DNA of 24,000 nucleotides from Candidatus Heimdallarchaeota archaeon (GTDB lineage Archaea; Asgardarchaeota; Heimdallarchaeia; Heimdallarchaeales; Heimdallarchaeaceae), in NCBI GenBank assembly GCA_023705985.1, contig BPTO01000003.1, forward strand, positions 12,479 through 36,478. The letters are read 5' to 3'. The notes beneath the pieces are model-generated. The model saw only the letters and a list, made by a program, of their open reading frames with translations. It ran no database searches and was not told the DNA's origin. The translations under genes and the position numbers were made by a program. Shown here one piece after another: positions 15,556 through 24,000 of this stretch. Each line of letters opens with the position of its first letter. Position 1 is the stretch's first letter.

Positions 15556-15717
15556 GATTTATTGAAAGCTTTCAGTTAAAAAAAGTTTGAGTTAGGGACG
15601 AAACACTTAACTTCCCGACAAGAAGTTGATACAAGAAGAGAAAAAGAACAAAGGCAAAAAATAAATAAATAAAAATATACATAATTATTGCAACTTAACT
15701 TTACACATTTCAAAGAA

Positions 15718-15897
15718 ATGGGATTAATTATGTCAGAAAAGGAAAAACCACCCCAAGATACTACACAAAAAAACCACCCCAATGACATTATAGAAGAAGA
15801 ATATGAAGGACGAGATTGGTGGAAATTCTTCATGGTTATTGCTTTTGCTTTTGTTATAGTTATAGGCTATTATATAATCAAAGGTATATTCTCTTGA
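15718..15897 (+). CDS. Small single-pass membrane protein upstream of the ABC transporter genes
   Basis: The track ORF starts at a TTG at 15688. ATGs at 15718 or 15730 are more plausible. It has an acidic N-terminal half and then WWKFFMVIAFAFVIVIGYYIIKGIF. It ends 61 nt before the ABC ATPase gene. The antisense ORF 15576..15833 looks like low-complexity noise. There is no homology basis. Confidence 0.35.
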   Translation: MGLIMSEKEKPPQDTTQKNHPNDIIEEEYEGRDWWKFFMVIAFAFVIVIGYYIIKGIFS

Positions 15898-15958
15898 AAT
15901 CGTTTTTTCAGTTGAACTAAAACAATTTAAGTGTCTATAATTTTTGTGTTTTAGTTAA

Positions 15959-16711
15959 ATGGCAAACATTTTCATTTCAGTCAATAACCTAAAGCACACA
16001 TTTACTTCAAAAGTCGAAAATCTCACCGTATTACGTGGAGTTAGTTTTCAAATTGAAAAAGGAGAAATTGTTTGTCTCCTTGGACGCTCTGGATCTGGAA
16101 AAACAACAACTCTAAATCTACTTGCTGGACTTAATAAACCAACTGGAGGTGAAATTATAGTTAATGGTGAGAATATTACTCAATGGTCAACAGAAAAATT
16201 ACATACTTTCAGGTTGAAAACAACAGGTGTAATTTTCCAAGAATTTCATCTTTTAGAACATTTAACAGCGATAGAGAATGTCATGACTCCCATGATATTA
16301 GCCAATGAAAAAGAAGAAGTTGCAAAAGAAAGAGCCTTAGAACTTCTAAAGGCAGTGGGATTAGGTGATAAAACAATGAATTACCCTGATGAACTAAGTA
16401 CTGGTCAAAAACAAAGAATTTCAGTTGCTAGAGCTATAGCTAATAATCCCTCCTTAATTATTGCTGATGAACCCACAGGGACCTTAGATAGCAAAACAGG
16501 AGATGGAATCATGAAATTATTATTGAGATTGATAAAGAAATATGATATGACCATGTTTTATACAACTCACGATCCCTACATTACGAAACTTGCAAATAGG
16601 ATACTAATCTTGCAACAAGGCAAGGTCTTTGAGGAAAAAGAAGTTGACCCCACAAATTTTGATTATGATAATTTTGAACAATTGTATCAACCTAAAGGTG
16701 ATAAGGCTTGA
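15959..16711 (+). CDS. ABC transporter ATP-binding protein (MacB/LolD/FtsE-like subfamily)
   Basis: Walker A GRSGSGKTT, Q-loop IFQEF, signature LSTGQKQRISVARA, Walker B LIIADEPTGTLD and H-loop TTHD are all present. Confidence 0.9.
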   Translation: MANIFISVNNLKHTFTSKVENLTVLRGVSFQIEKGEIVCLLGRSGSGKTTTLNLLAGLNKPTGGEIIVNGENITQWSTEKLHTFRLKTTGVIFQEFHLLEHLTAIENVMTPMILANEKEEVAKERALELLKAVGLGDKTMNYPDELSTGQKQRISVARAIANNPSLIIADEPTGTLDSKTGDGIMKLLLRLIKKYDMTMFYTTHDPYITKLANRILILQQGKVFEEKEVDPTNFDYDNFEQLYQPKGDKA

Positions 16712-19605
16712 ACGATATTGACAAACTAAAAGATACAGCTGGCAAATCTAATTTTTACAACAAATTTCTTTATTCTACATTATTTAATTTACGGTTGATC
16801 TTAAAAAATCTAAAACACAGAAAAAGGAGTGCTATTATTACAGCTCTAGGTTTAATTTTCTCTTTAACTATACTTTTCTCCAGTTCAATATGGGTTCACA
16901 CATCACAAAATATAATCGCTGATGATTATATAGAAACATTGGACTATGAGATGTATATTAACACATTTCTCCCAAATGCAATGAATGAAGTTTATGATTA
17001 TCTATCTGACGATTCTGTAGTCAGACAGGTAGATTGGCAATATGTAACATATGCTTTATTCAACTTTGAAAACAAAGAGCAAAACTACAGAGTTTTTCCC
17101 GAATCCGAACAAGATAATCTGGAAGATCCAATATCACTCACTAATGCAATTGTTGTTCCCACAAGAGCTATTGAAAGAATAAAATTAAATTTGGAAATAG
17201 AGGGTAACGCTAGTCTTAACTCTGGAGAAATAATGGTAAGTTATTCTGAAGCTAAGGAACTAGAAAGAACATATAAGAAAAACATAGCTCCTGGAGAAAT
17301 AATTACTGTTGCAATAACTCGACGCATACCAAACACTGATATTGGTGAAGACGAGCTAAGATTTTTTGACATAGATGAAACAACATATTACAATTACACA
17401 ATATCTGGGATATTCAAATATACTGGGACAGACGGGATTATTGACAAATTAATAGGTGCGAAAGGAGCAGGAAACATAGTTGATTCTGTTCTATTTCCAA
17501 TGGAAGACTTAACTTACGAAGATTTGTATATTTTTGAAACCAACGGTCTACTACCTAAATTACTTGTAAAAACTAATGCAGAAAAATTACGAACAGGTAA
17601 TATTGAAACAATGCCCGATAACTTACTTGCTCTCAAAGAAAGAATTGAAATAAATTATTATCATACATTTTGTAGAATCTTAAAACATGAAATCGAAACA
17701 ATGGCCAATGAATATAAGAGAACTTTTAGTTCTGCGGCATTATTTATTCCAGCGATAGCTGCTACATTAATATTAACAGTACTAGCTACACAGATGACAA
17801 TAAAACGAAGAGGAAAAGAAATAGCTTTGTTAAGGTCCCGAGGTGCAAGCAGTGTTCAAATAATTGGAGTTTTTTTTAGTGAGTACTCCATTATCGGAAT
17901 TTTTTCATTGTTGGTGAGCTTTGGGTTATCAATCTTTACAGCTGCAGCGTTTCCATTGATTGCAGGAGGAGAATCAATAACAGCCTATAATTTATCTAGA
18001 TTTATGCAGTATTTAGACATTTCAGCATATGAAATTGAAATATTTTCAGTTATCGTTTTAGGGATATATCTTGGTGTCACATTTGTAAATATAGTTTCAT
18101 TTGTAAAAAAAGATGTACAAGAAGGTCTTTTGATTACACGCAAAGGTCAAAGAATATTGAGTCTTGGAGTAAATATTGCTGTTTTCGTCCTTGTGTTTGT
18201 TGGTTTTATTCTACTTTTACTTGAATTCCGCAAAGTGTTTGATCCTTTTGACACTTATGGATTTGACTCTATCGAAAGGAGCTCCATGGTACTTCTAGCA
18301 TTTATGGGAGCAATCTTTTTCATTTGTTATTACATATCAATGGGAATTGTGTTACTTTTACAAAAAACACCTAAAATTTATAGACTAATCTTTAAAAATG
18401 GTGGTTTCTTCATCTACCATAATGTTAAGAGAAAAACCAAAACTCTTACAGAATTAGCTTTCTTTTTAATTTTAATCATTAGTTTATTGACGTTTCTTAT
18501 CTCAATTCGTTCCATAACTGAAACAAATATTGAACTTGAAAATAATTATAGAAACGGATCAGATATTAGAGTTCAGACAACAGTACCAATTAACATATCA
18601 GAATATAATGAGAGATTTAGCAAGATAGAAGGAATTAAAGATTCTTTAGGATTCTATTCTCTTAGAGCAACAATAGGAACCCAAGATGTAGAAGTTTTTG
18701 GGGTTGACCCCTTGAAATATTTGAGTGTTGGAAATTGGATAGATCATAGTTTTCAGAATACAACAGCGGAAGAAGCTTTAACAGCTTTAGAAGAGACTCT
18801 AGATGGGCTAATATTAAGCGATTATACAGCCAGTAGATTGAGATTATCAGTTGGTCGACATATGTTTATTACAGATTTTAAAAGTGGACCATTTTCCCAT
18901 CAGTTCCAAATTACAGGAATAATAAGTTCTGCTCCAGGTTTGGGAGTAGCACATGGTAATGACCCAAAAATGGTAAAAAGTGCTGATGAATATGTATTAG
19001 TAAACCAAGAAATCTTACAAGCAATAGGAGTAGAGAACGGGTCTTTATTTTTGTTATCTGTTGGAGAAAATGTAGATATAAATCAAATCAAAGAACAAGT
19101 CCAAAGTATTAGTCCTTTATTAATTGTTAACCCTGAGAAAATTAACCCAAATTACATTGGCTATTTTATAACAAAATATATTCCCCATGTATCAGTTATC
19201 TTACTGTTGGGGATAATTGTTATAAGTTTTGTAGCAATAGTTTATATTTTTATATCAACAGAATTTATTCTTAATCAAAGAAGGAAAGAACATGCAGTAC
19301 TCCTTGCTTTAGGTGGAAAACAAACTAAAATAAGGGGGCTTGTTATAGGGGAAATTCTCGTTTTTGTTGTATCAACTATACTCATAGGCGTACCAGTAGG
19401 GTTTCTTACTGCACTTAGCTCTCTGAGTTTCATAAAACCATTACTAATTCCAAGAGAAATAGTACCAATCGTATTTAATCCTGGAATTTTGATGCTTTTA
19501 GTTGTCATTTTATCATTGGCCTTAGCAGCTTTAATAACAATAATACCCTTAATTAAAAAACAGACTAAATTTGAAATTGTTCATGAACTTCGCATCACAG
19601 AGTAA
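16708..19605 (+). CDS. ABC transporter permease with two FtsX/MacB-type modules (about 10 helices and two large extracytoplasmic domains)
   Basis: 965-aa ORF. The TTG start overlaps the ATPase stop (TTGA, 16708-16711). Topology by eye is TM1, a ~280-aa loop, TM2-4, TM5-6, TM7, a ~210-aa loop and TM8-10. KRRGKEIALLRSRGAS and QRRKEHAVLLALGGK are the typical FtsX-domain amphipathic segments after TM2 and TM8. Confidence 0.85.
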   Translation: MNDIDKLKDTAGKSNFYNKFLYSTLFNLRLILKNLKHRKRSAIITALGLIFSLTILFSSSIWVHTSQNIIADDYIETLDYEMYINTFLPNAMNEVYDYLSDDSVVRQVDWQYVTYALFNFENKEQNYRVFPESEQDNLEDPISLTNAIVVPTRAIERIKLNLEIEGNASLNSGEIMVSYSEAKELERTYKKNIAPGEIITVAITRRIPNTDIGEDELRFFDIDETTYYNYTISGIFKYTGTDGIIDKLIGAKGAGNIVDSVLFPMEDLTYEDLYIFETNGLLPKLLVKTNAEKLRTGNIETMPDNLLALKERIEINYYHTFCRILKHEIETMANEYKRTFSSAALFIPAIAATLILTVLATQMTIKRRGKEIALLRSRGASSVQIIGVFFSEYSIIGIFSLLVSFGLSIFTAAAFPLIAGGESITAYNLSRFMQYLDISAYEIEIFSVIVLGIYLGVTFVNIVSFVKKDVQEGLLITRKGQRILSLGVNIAVFVLVFVGFILLLLEFRKVFDPFDTYGFDSIERSSMVLLAFMGAIFFICYYISMGIVLLLQKTPKIYRLIFKNGGFFIYHNVKRKTKTLTELAFFLILIISLLTFLISIRSITETNIELENNYRNGSDIRVQTTVPINISEYNERFSKIEGIKDSLGFYSLRATIGTQDVEVFGVDPLKYLSVGNWIDHSFQNTTAEEALTALEETLDGLILSDYTASRLRLSVGRHMFITDFKSGPFSHQFQITGIISSAPGLGVAHGNDPKMVKSADEYVLVNQEILQAIGVENGSLFLLSVGENVDINQIKEQVQSISPLLIVNPEKINPNYIGYFITKYIPHVSVILLLGIIVISFVAIVYIFISTEFILNQRRKEHAVLLALGGKQTKIRGLVIGEILVFVVSTILIGVPVGFLTALSSLSFIKPLLIPREIVPIVFNPGILMLLVVILSLALAALITIIPLIKKQTKFEIVHELRITE

Positions 19606-19650
19606 TGGAGATAATTTCTTCATTTATTTTTTATTCCTTGAAAACGGCTT

Positions 19651-20766
19651 TTATGCGAGAATAAACTCTCCTCTTGCCATTTCTAAGACTTGATCAACCA
19701 TATATTCTTCAGAGTCTTTCCACGAATGTTCCATAAAGGAGTAATTGTTGGGATTAAAGGGTTTTACTGCCGCTTCATGTGGATCACGCATCATTATTTG
19801 TAAATCAGGGAAGAGAGACCAAAGGATGTTAATCAATCCTAGTTTATCCTTTGGAGGTAACAATATTTTCCACAGAAAACCTCTTTCTGTATTTCTAAAA
19901 TCAGATTTAAATGGTAAGTCCAAATTATGCATTAGATAGATTATTTTTGCCATTGCTCTTGGGCTGCATATTGCTTTGAAAACAAAATCGTCCTCAAGAC
20001 CAAAAAAGCTACGATCAAAGTCAACCATATATTTTCGAATTACGTATTCATTCAGAAATTTGACTCTTCGCGAGAAGTTGTAAGGGGGTAGACCAATTTT
20101 CTTTGCGAGAAGTATGTGCTTTTGCACCGGATTAGAAACCAATTCACGAAGGAGTTCAAAGTCATGGAAAAGCATATGTTTTAGAACGTTTTTAGGTTTT
20201 TCACTAGAAACTTGTTGGAAATAATCAAATTGTGGAATGTAGTCAACCATATCTATATTTTTTTCCCACATATGCCACCCAAATGTCCAATTCCCAGAAT
20301 TTTGATCCCAATACGTAAGATCGGTGTGCGTTTTTATTCCTCGACCGATAGTACTTGAAGGAATAATTTCTGCAATCAAATTTGCATCACTCAAATAATC
20401 AAGGAGAGACATGAATCTATTCAGAGAGTTAAGGGGAAGATGAACTTTGACATATATCCCTGAAATTGAACCATAACACCTAGATCTACTAACAAGATAG
20501 GGAAAGAAGTCAATAATTCTTTCAACCAAGCGAAGCTTATCGACTGATTGAACCCTAAGAAGAAACATATGACTTTCAAGACCAATTGCTTCCGGATAAT
20601 ATTCTCCATAAAAATTCTTAATAATATTTTTAGCTAAAAGACCCTCTATTTTCTTTTTTACAGTAGGCGGAGAAAGACCTACTAAAGTAGCTAGTTTATT
20701 ATAGGGCAGTATAGGATCACGAAAAAGTTCTTTCAGAATCAGATATTCTGCGTTTGATAGGGTCAA
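19651..20766 (-). CDS. Tandem Lrp/AsnC-like transcriptional regulator (two HTH plus RAM-like halves)
   Basis: 371-aa ORF with a TTG start. Half 1 is AEYLILKELFRDPILPYNKLATLVGLSPPTVKKKIEGLLAKNII followed by a beta-alpha-beta-like segment. Half 2 is DFELLRELVSNPVQKHILLAKKIGLPPYNFSRRVKFLNEYVI followed by a second such segment. Confidence 0.6.
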   Translation of the reverse strand: MTLSNAEYLILKELFRDPILPYNKLATLVGLSPPTVKKKIEGLLAKNIIKNFYGEYYPEAIGLESHMFLLRVQSVDKLRLVERIIDFFPYLVSRSRCYGSISGIYVKVHLPLNSLNRFMSLLDYLSDANLIAEIIPSSTIGRGIKTHTDLTYWDQNSGNWTFGWHMWEKNIDMVDYIPQFDYFQQVSSEKPKNVLKHMLFHDFELLRELVSNPVQKHILLAKKIGLPPYNFSRRVKFLNEYVIRKYMVDFDRSFFGLEDDFVFKAICSPRAMAKIIYLMHNLDLPFKSDFRNTERGFLWKILLPPKDKLGLINILWSLFPDLQIMMRDPHEAAVKPFNPNNYSFMEHSWKDSEEYMVDQVLEMARGEFILA

Positions 20767-20836
20767 ATTAGCTCACAAATATGTTTAAAATACGGTTAAA
20801 AAAGATTTGGAAAGAAAAAAAGAGGAGAGATAGTAA

Positions 20837-21748
20837 TTATTTTCTTCTCTTCTTCATTAAAAATACGAGTGTCACAAGGGCAAACGGAGTGATAAAGAGC
20901 CAAGAATATGGAGTTTCTGTAGTTTCAGTGCCTGTTGTTTCAACTGTTCCAATTGTTTGAGTTGTTACCACTGGAGCTTCATAACCATATAGGATATAAA
21001 CATCAAAATCAATCTCAAAACCCGATTGTTCTCCTTTAGATTTAAGTACCAGATCTAAAGCATCAAATAGACCAGTCTTAGCATTAACAGATATTGTAAT
21101 GTTTACCGTCATCTCATTTATAATATCAGGAATCATTGCGCCTAGATCATCTATTGGAAAATCTGAGGGTTGGCCATTCAAGCCTCCTATAAGTTCTTCT
21201 AATAACGAATCATTAAAGTTAGATGTGTAAATATCGGTTTTAAGTTTCAAATAATCTTCATCAAGAAGAGAATAAACATTAACAACCGTATCATCTCCAA
21301 ATTCAGTCAAATTAACAAAATCTTCAGATCCTATCATAATTGAAGTCTGGTTTACTATAGTTCCGATTTCTAATAAATAATTGGAACTTGTTCCTATTGC
21401 TAACGGCATAGCAATTGGAAGACCTAGAGGCATAGTAATGTTCCCTAATTCTGTTTCCGTTTCTTCAAAAAGAGTTGAAACCCCTGATTCCATAAGACCT
21501 GATGAGTTATAGATATCATATGTGTATCCAGTGTCGTTAAAGCTAGTGAATTCAACACCAAAAGTAACATTATTCTTTAACATAAATGATATGTCAGTTG
21601 GTGAACCAAACTTGAATGCTTTCAATGTAAACTCATATCTTTCATTGATCTCAACACCCCATGTTGTAGCTGCTAAGCTTGGGCTAACCATCATTCCAAC
21701 CAATATCCCAGTGAATAGAAAACTTGCGATTAAAACTTTTCTTTTCAT
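20837..21748 (-). CDS. Secreted surface protein (probable glycoprotein) with a Thr-rich stalk, C-terminal helix and basic tail
   Basis: 303-aa ORF. Signal-like segment MKRKVLIASFLFTGILVGMMVSPSLAA. Eight N-x-S/T sequons. The C-terminus is VVTTQTIGTVETTGTETTETPYSWLFITPFALVTLVFLMKKRRK. Confidence 0.6.
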   Translation of the reverse strand: MKRKVLIASFLFTGILVGMMVSPSLAATTWGVEINERYEFTLKAFKFGSPTDISFMLKNNVTFGVEFTSFNDTGYTYDIYNSSGLMESGVSTLFEETETELGNITMPLGLPIAMPLAIGTSSNYLLEIGTIVNQTSIMIGSEDFVNLTEFGDDTVVNVYSLLDEDYLKLKTDIYTSNFNDSLLEELIGGLNGQPSDFPIDDLGAMIPDIINEMTVNITISVNAKTGLFDALDLVLKSKGEQSGFEIDFDVYILYGYEAPVVTTQTIGTVETTGTETTETPYSWLFITPFALVTLVFLMKKRRK

Positions 21749-21821
21749 TTTAGTTTTTCACCAATTAAATTGTATCATTCAAAATCTTATATACCTATGC
21801 TTATAGCAGAAAATTTTCTAG

Positions 21822-23621
21822 TTAATAATTTGTCTTTTTGAGTTTTTTTGCAAGTTCAACAATTTTTTCCGCTATTCTTTCGTTTGTTACCAATATTTTA
21901 GCAATATCTTCGATTTTTGCTTCAGTGATTTCTTCCACATTCTTATAATTGGTAAATAATATTCGCGTTTTTTGCTTTCCAATCCCCTTAATAGATTCAA
22001 AGATTGATTCCTGCATAGTTGTTTTTCTTAAATATCTGTGGTAACTAATTGCGAATCTGTGAGATTCATCTCTTACTCTTTGCATCAATTTAAGAATGGG
22101 AGATGTTTTGGGAAGAATTATGGGGTTATTATCCCATTCAACAAAAATTTCTTCATGTTTTTTTGCAATACTTACAACAGGAAAGGGTAAATCGTAATCT
22201 ACCATTACTTTTCGTGCAACATTCAATTGTCCTTTTCCACCATCTACCACGATGAGATCAGGAGACGGATCAGATTCTAATTGAGGAGAACGATATTTTC
22301 TAGTAATCACTTCTTTCATCATAGCATAATCATTAGATTTGGAATAGGGATGTTTTATCCTGAATCTTCTGTAGAATTTTTTTTCTGGAACACCATTAAC
22401 AAAAGTAACACATGATCCAACAGACAAACGCCCCATCAAAGTAGATACATCAATCCCATGTATTATTTCAGGTTTTTTTGGCAAACGTAGGAGTTCTTGC
22501 ATTTCCATCAGAGTCTTGACTGAATCTTCCTTGTATTTTTCGTCTCTCATATATTTCAGGAGTTCAGTTTTTGCATTTTTCCTTGCAATTTCAACTAAAT
22601 CTTCTGATTTTTCATCGGTTGGAGTAGAGAAATCTATTTTTTCATCATTCACAAACTGCTCCACCATATTTTTACTTATTAGTAATTTAGTTTTTGGACG
22701 CTCAATACCATATATAAGAGAGAATATTTCTCTCATTGTAGTTGGAGATATTTCTTCTTTTGTGTGTGTATAAATTTGTAAATGATTAATTCGGTGAGCA
22801 CGAAATTCCAGTTTACAAAAAACAATAATATTCTCATCTTCTTCAAAAGCTAAGATATCAACATCACGCGCTTCTGATCTTGTATCTTTCTGGAAAAACA
22901 GAGACGATTGAATAGTTGCAATAAGATTTCTAACTTCTGAAGCTTTCTCAAAATTTTCTTGCTCAGCAGCTTCCCACATTTCTTTTTCAAGACTATCAAA
23001 AAGATCTGCAACATCCCCTTTAAGAAAAGATATAGCATTACGAACGTGTTTTTTGTATTGTCCTACTGAAATATCGTTCATACAGGGAGCTAAACATCGT
23101 CCAATTCTGGCACGCATGCACCTAACAGTAGTTTTCCTTTCTCGCATCCTTTCAACATTTTTTCCGCAATTACAAATAGGAAAAAGTTTCAAGACCAGCT
23201 TAACAGTTTTACGAAGTGCAGTAGCGCTTGGATAAGGACCGAAATAAAGGCTTTTTTTCATTTTTGAGTCAGTATCCCGAACTATCAAAAGTTGCGGATA
23301 TCTCTCTTCCATTGTAATTCGAATTAGAAGAGACGATTTGTCATCTTTAAGCTTAACATTCAATTTAGGTGACAACTGCTGTATCATCCTTTTTTCTAAT
23401 AATATAGCTTCCGCTTCTGTTCTTGTTACAAACCAATCGACTCTTTTTGTTAATGTTTGAAGTTGAAGCTCTTTTGAATCTTCAGTAATTGCAAAATGCT
23501 GTTTTACTCTTTGTTTCAAACTTTTAGCCTTGCCAACGTAGATAATTGTTTCATTTTCATCCTTCATTAGATAAATCCCTGGAACATCAGGTAAAGATTC
23601 TAAATCGGAGAAAAGGCTCAT
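21822..23621 (-). CDS. uvrC: Excinuclease ABC subunit C (UvrC)
   Basis: 599-aa ORF. The N-terminal GIY-YIG domain is PGIYLMKDENETIIYVGKAKSLKQRVKQHF. A Cys cluster follows (CNC...C...C..C). The UVR motif is EQENFEKASEVRNLIATIQ. The C-terminal half has an Endo-V/RNase-H-like region (DVS...GG.GQ) and terminal helix-hairpin-helix-like helices. Confidence 0.9.
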   Translation of the reverse strand: MSLFSDLESLPDVPGIYLMKDENETIIYVGKAKSLKQRVKQHFAITEDSKELQLQTLTKRVDWFVTRTEAEAILLEKRMIQQLSPKLNVKLKDDKSSLLIRITMEERYPQLLIVRDTDSKMKKSLYFGPYPSATALRKTVKLVLKLFPICNCGKNVERMRERKTTVRCMRARIGRCLAPCMNDISVGQYKKHVRNAISFLKGDVADLFDSLEKEMWEAAEQENFEKASEVRNLIATIQSSLFFQKDTRSEARDVDILAFEEDENIIVFCKLEFRAHRINHLQIYTHTKEEISPTTMREIFSLIYGIERPKTKLLISKNMVEQFVNDEKIDFSTPTDEKSEDLVEIARKNAKTELLKYMRDEKYKEDSVKTLMEMQELLRLPKKPEIIHGIDVSTLMGRLSVGSCVTFVNGVPEKKFYRRFRIKHPYSKSNDYAMMKEVITRKYRSPQLESDPSPDLIVVDGGKGQLNVARKVMVDYDLPFPVVSIAKKHEEIFVEWDNNPIILPKTSPILKLMQRVRDESHRFAISYHRYLRKTTMQESIFESIKGIGKQKTRILFTNYKNVEEITEAKIEDIAKILVTNERIAEKIVELAKKLKKTNY

Positions 23622-24000
23622 TAATTAGACACCATCTTTTCAAGTTCTATTATTTTATCGCGGTAAGTAGCAGCCTGTTCAAAGTTCAGTTCAGCAGCTG
23701 CTTCCGCCATTTTGTGTTTTAAATCGTCTATAACAAAAGGTATATCAGAGTCTGACATTTCCTTAGGAAGTTTTATCGTTTCGTCATCCTGTGAAACTTG
23801 CATTAAGGCATCAACTATTGACTTAATCTCGCTCGTGACAGTTTTTGGTTCAATATTGTATTTTCGGTTAAAATCAAGTTGTATCTGTCTTCTTCTATTA
23901 TTTTCAACAATAGCATATTTCATTGAATCAGTCACTCTGTCAGCATAAAGTAACACACAACCATGAATATTACGACTAGCTCGTCCCATCAATTGAATAA
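23621..24000 (-). CDS. uvrB: Excinuclease ABC subunit B (UvrB), C-terminal part; the gene continues beyond the right window edge
   Basis: The frame is open to base 24000, reading ...IQLMGRASRN, which is helicase motif VI (Q.iGRAaRN). It continues LLYADRVTDSMKYAI.E..RRR..Q..FN..YNIEP.T and ends with the UVR motif ELNFEQAATYRDKIIELE. The TTG/ATG at 23992/23989 in the track is not the real start. The TAA stop overlaps the uvrC ATG by 1 nt (TAATG). Confidence 0.88.
   Translation of the reverse strand, partial: IQLMGRASRNIHGCVLLYADRVTDSMKYAIVENNRRRQIQLDFNRKYNIEPKTVTSEIKSIVDALMQVSQDDETIKLPKEMSDSDIPFVIDDLKHKMAEAAAELNFEQAATYRDKIIELEKMVSN

Noticed and set aside
15556-15620. The palindrome tgaaagctttca and a GGGAcgaaac...TTCCC hairpin with a cGAAAc core, reminiscent of small ribozyme motifs.
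   Set aside because: There is no CUGAUGA box or three-way junction, and the stems are only 4-6 bp. This is consistent with chance or with a simple element in a divergent promoter region.
808-23948. Antisense or shadow ORFs in the track: 808..1038, 2719..2946, 2810..3019, 3972..4154, 10571..10777, 11478..11816, 12537..12749, 14851..15111, 15266..15526, 15576..15833, 19275..19508, 19745..19939, 20421..20609, 21522..21806, 22516..22773, 22850..23038, 23053..23235, 23712..23948.
   Set aside because: Each is nested inside, or antisense to, a longer ORF with recognisable motifs or coherent membrane topology. Their translations are S/L/I/F/C-rich low-complexity strings typical of the reverse frames of AT-rich genes.
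1-24000. CRISPR arrays, IS elements, integrases, prophage or defence-island genes. A tRNA gene is present, and such genes are common integration sites.
   Set aside because: I saw no regularly spaced repeats of 25-40 nt and no transposase, integrase or recombinase-like ORF. By eye I noticed no second copy of the GC-rich tRNA 3' half that would mark an att site. This was not an exhaustive computational search.

Overview
The window is a visibly AT-rich archaeal chromosomal segment (G+C looks like about one third, not computed). I call 27 protein-coding genes and one tRNA, with several 150-340 bp non-coding spacers.

Housekeeping and informational genes:
- A ThiL-like kinase runs off the left edge and is missed by the ORF track.
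- tRNA-Arg(UCG).
- tRNA methyltransferases TrmI and a TrmY-like SPOUT protein.
- Ribosomal proteins eS26 and a very eukaryote-S15-like uS19.
- A PadR regulator, a HAD hydrolase and a COG2403 P-loop protein.
- Bacterial-type UvrC plus the 3' part of UvrB at the right edge.

Membrane and surface proteins:
- A zinc-ribbon/Yip1-like protein and a presenilin/SPP-like protease.
- An ECF-S-component-like protein paired with a DUF4430-like protein.
- A MacB-type ABC ATPase with a 965-aa double-FtsX permease.
- Three sequon-rich secreted proteins with C-terminal anchors.

Lineage (inference only): eS26, the eukaryote-like uS19, Shine-Dalgarno-led genes and UvrBC together suggest a mesophilic TACK/Asgard-type archaeon.

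I see no CRISPR array, rRNA, transposase or integrase, and no recognisable defence or toxin-antitoxin module. I cannot honestly point to a convincing new multi-gene system. The best leads are:
- An orphan A/V-ATPase subunit-E homolog whose stop lies 5 nt from the start of an anchored beta-sandwich surface protein.
- A co-directional run of a degenerate BFN-like protein, an S-component-like protein and a DUF4430-like protein.
- An orphan coiled-coil protein with a proline-rich linker.
- Two ribosomal protein genes lying outside the canonical cluster and flanking a PadR gene.

All family assignments are motif or pattern recognition from memory. No database searches were run.
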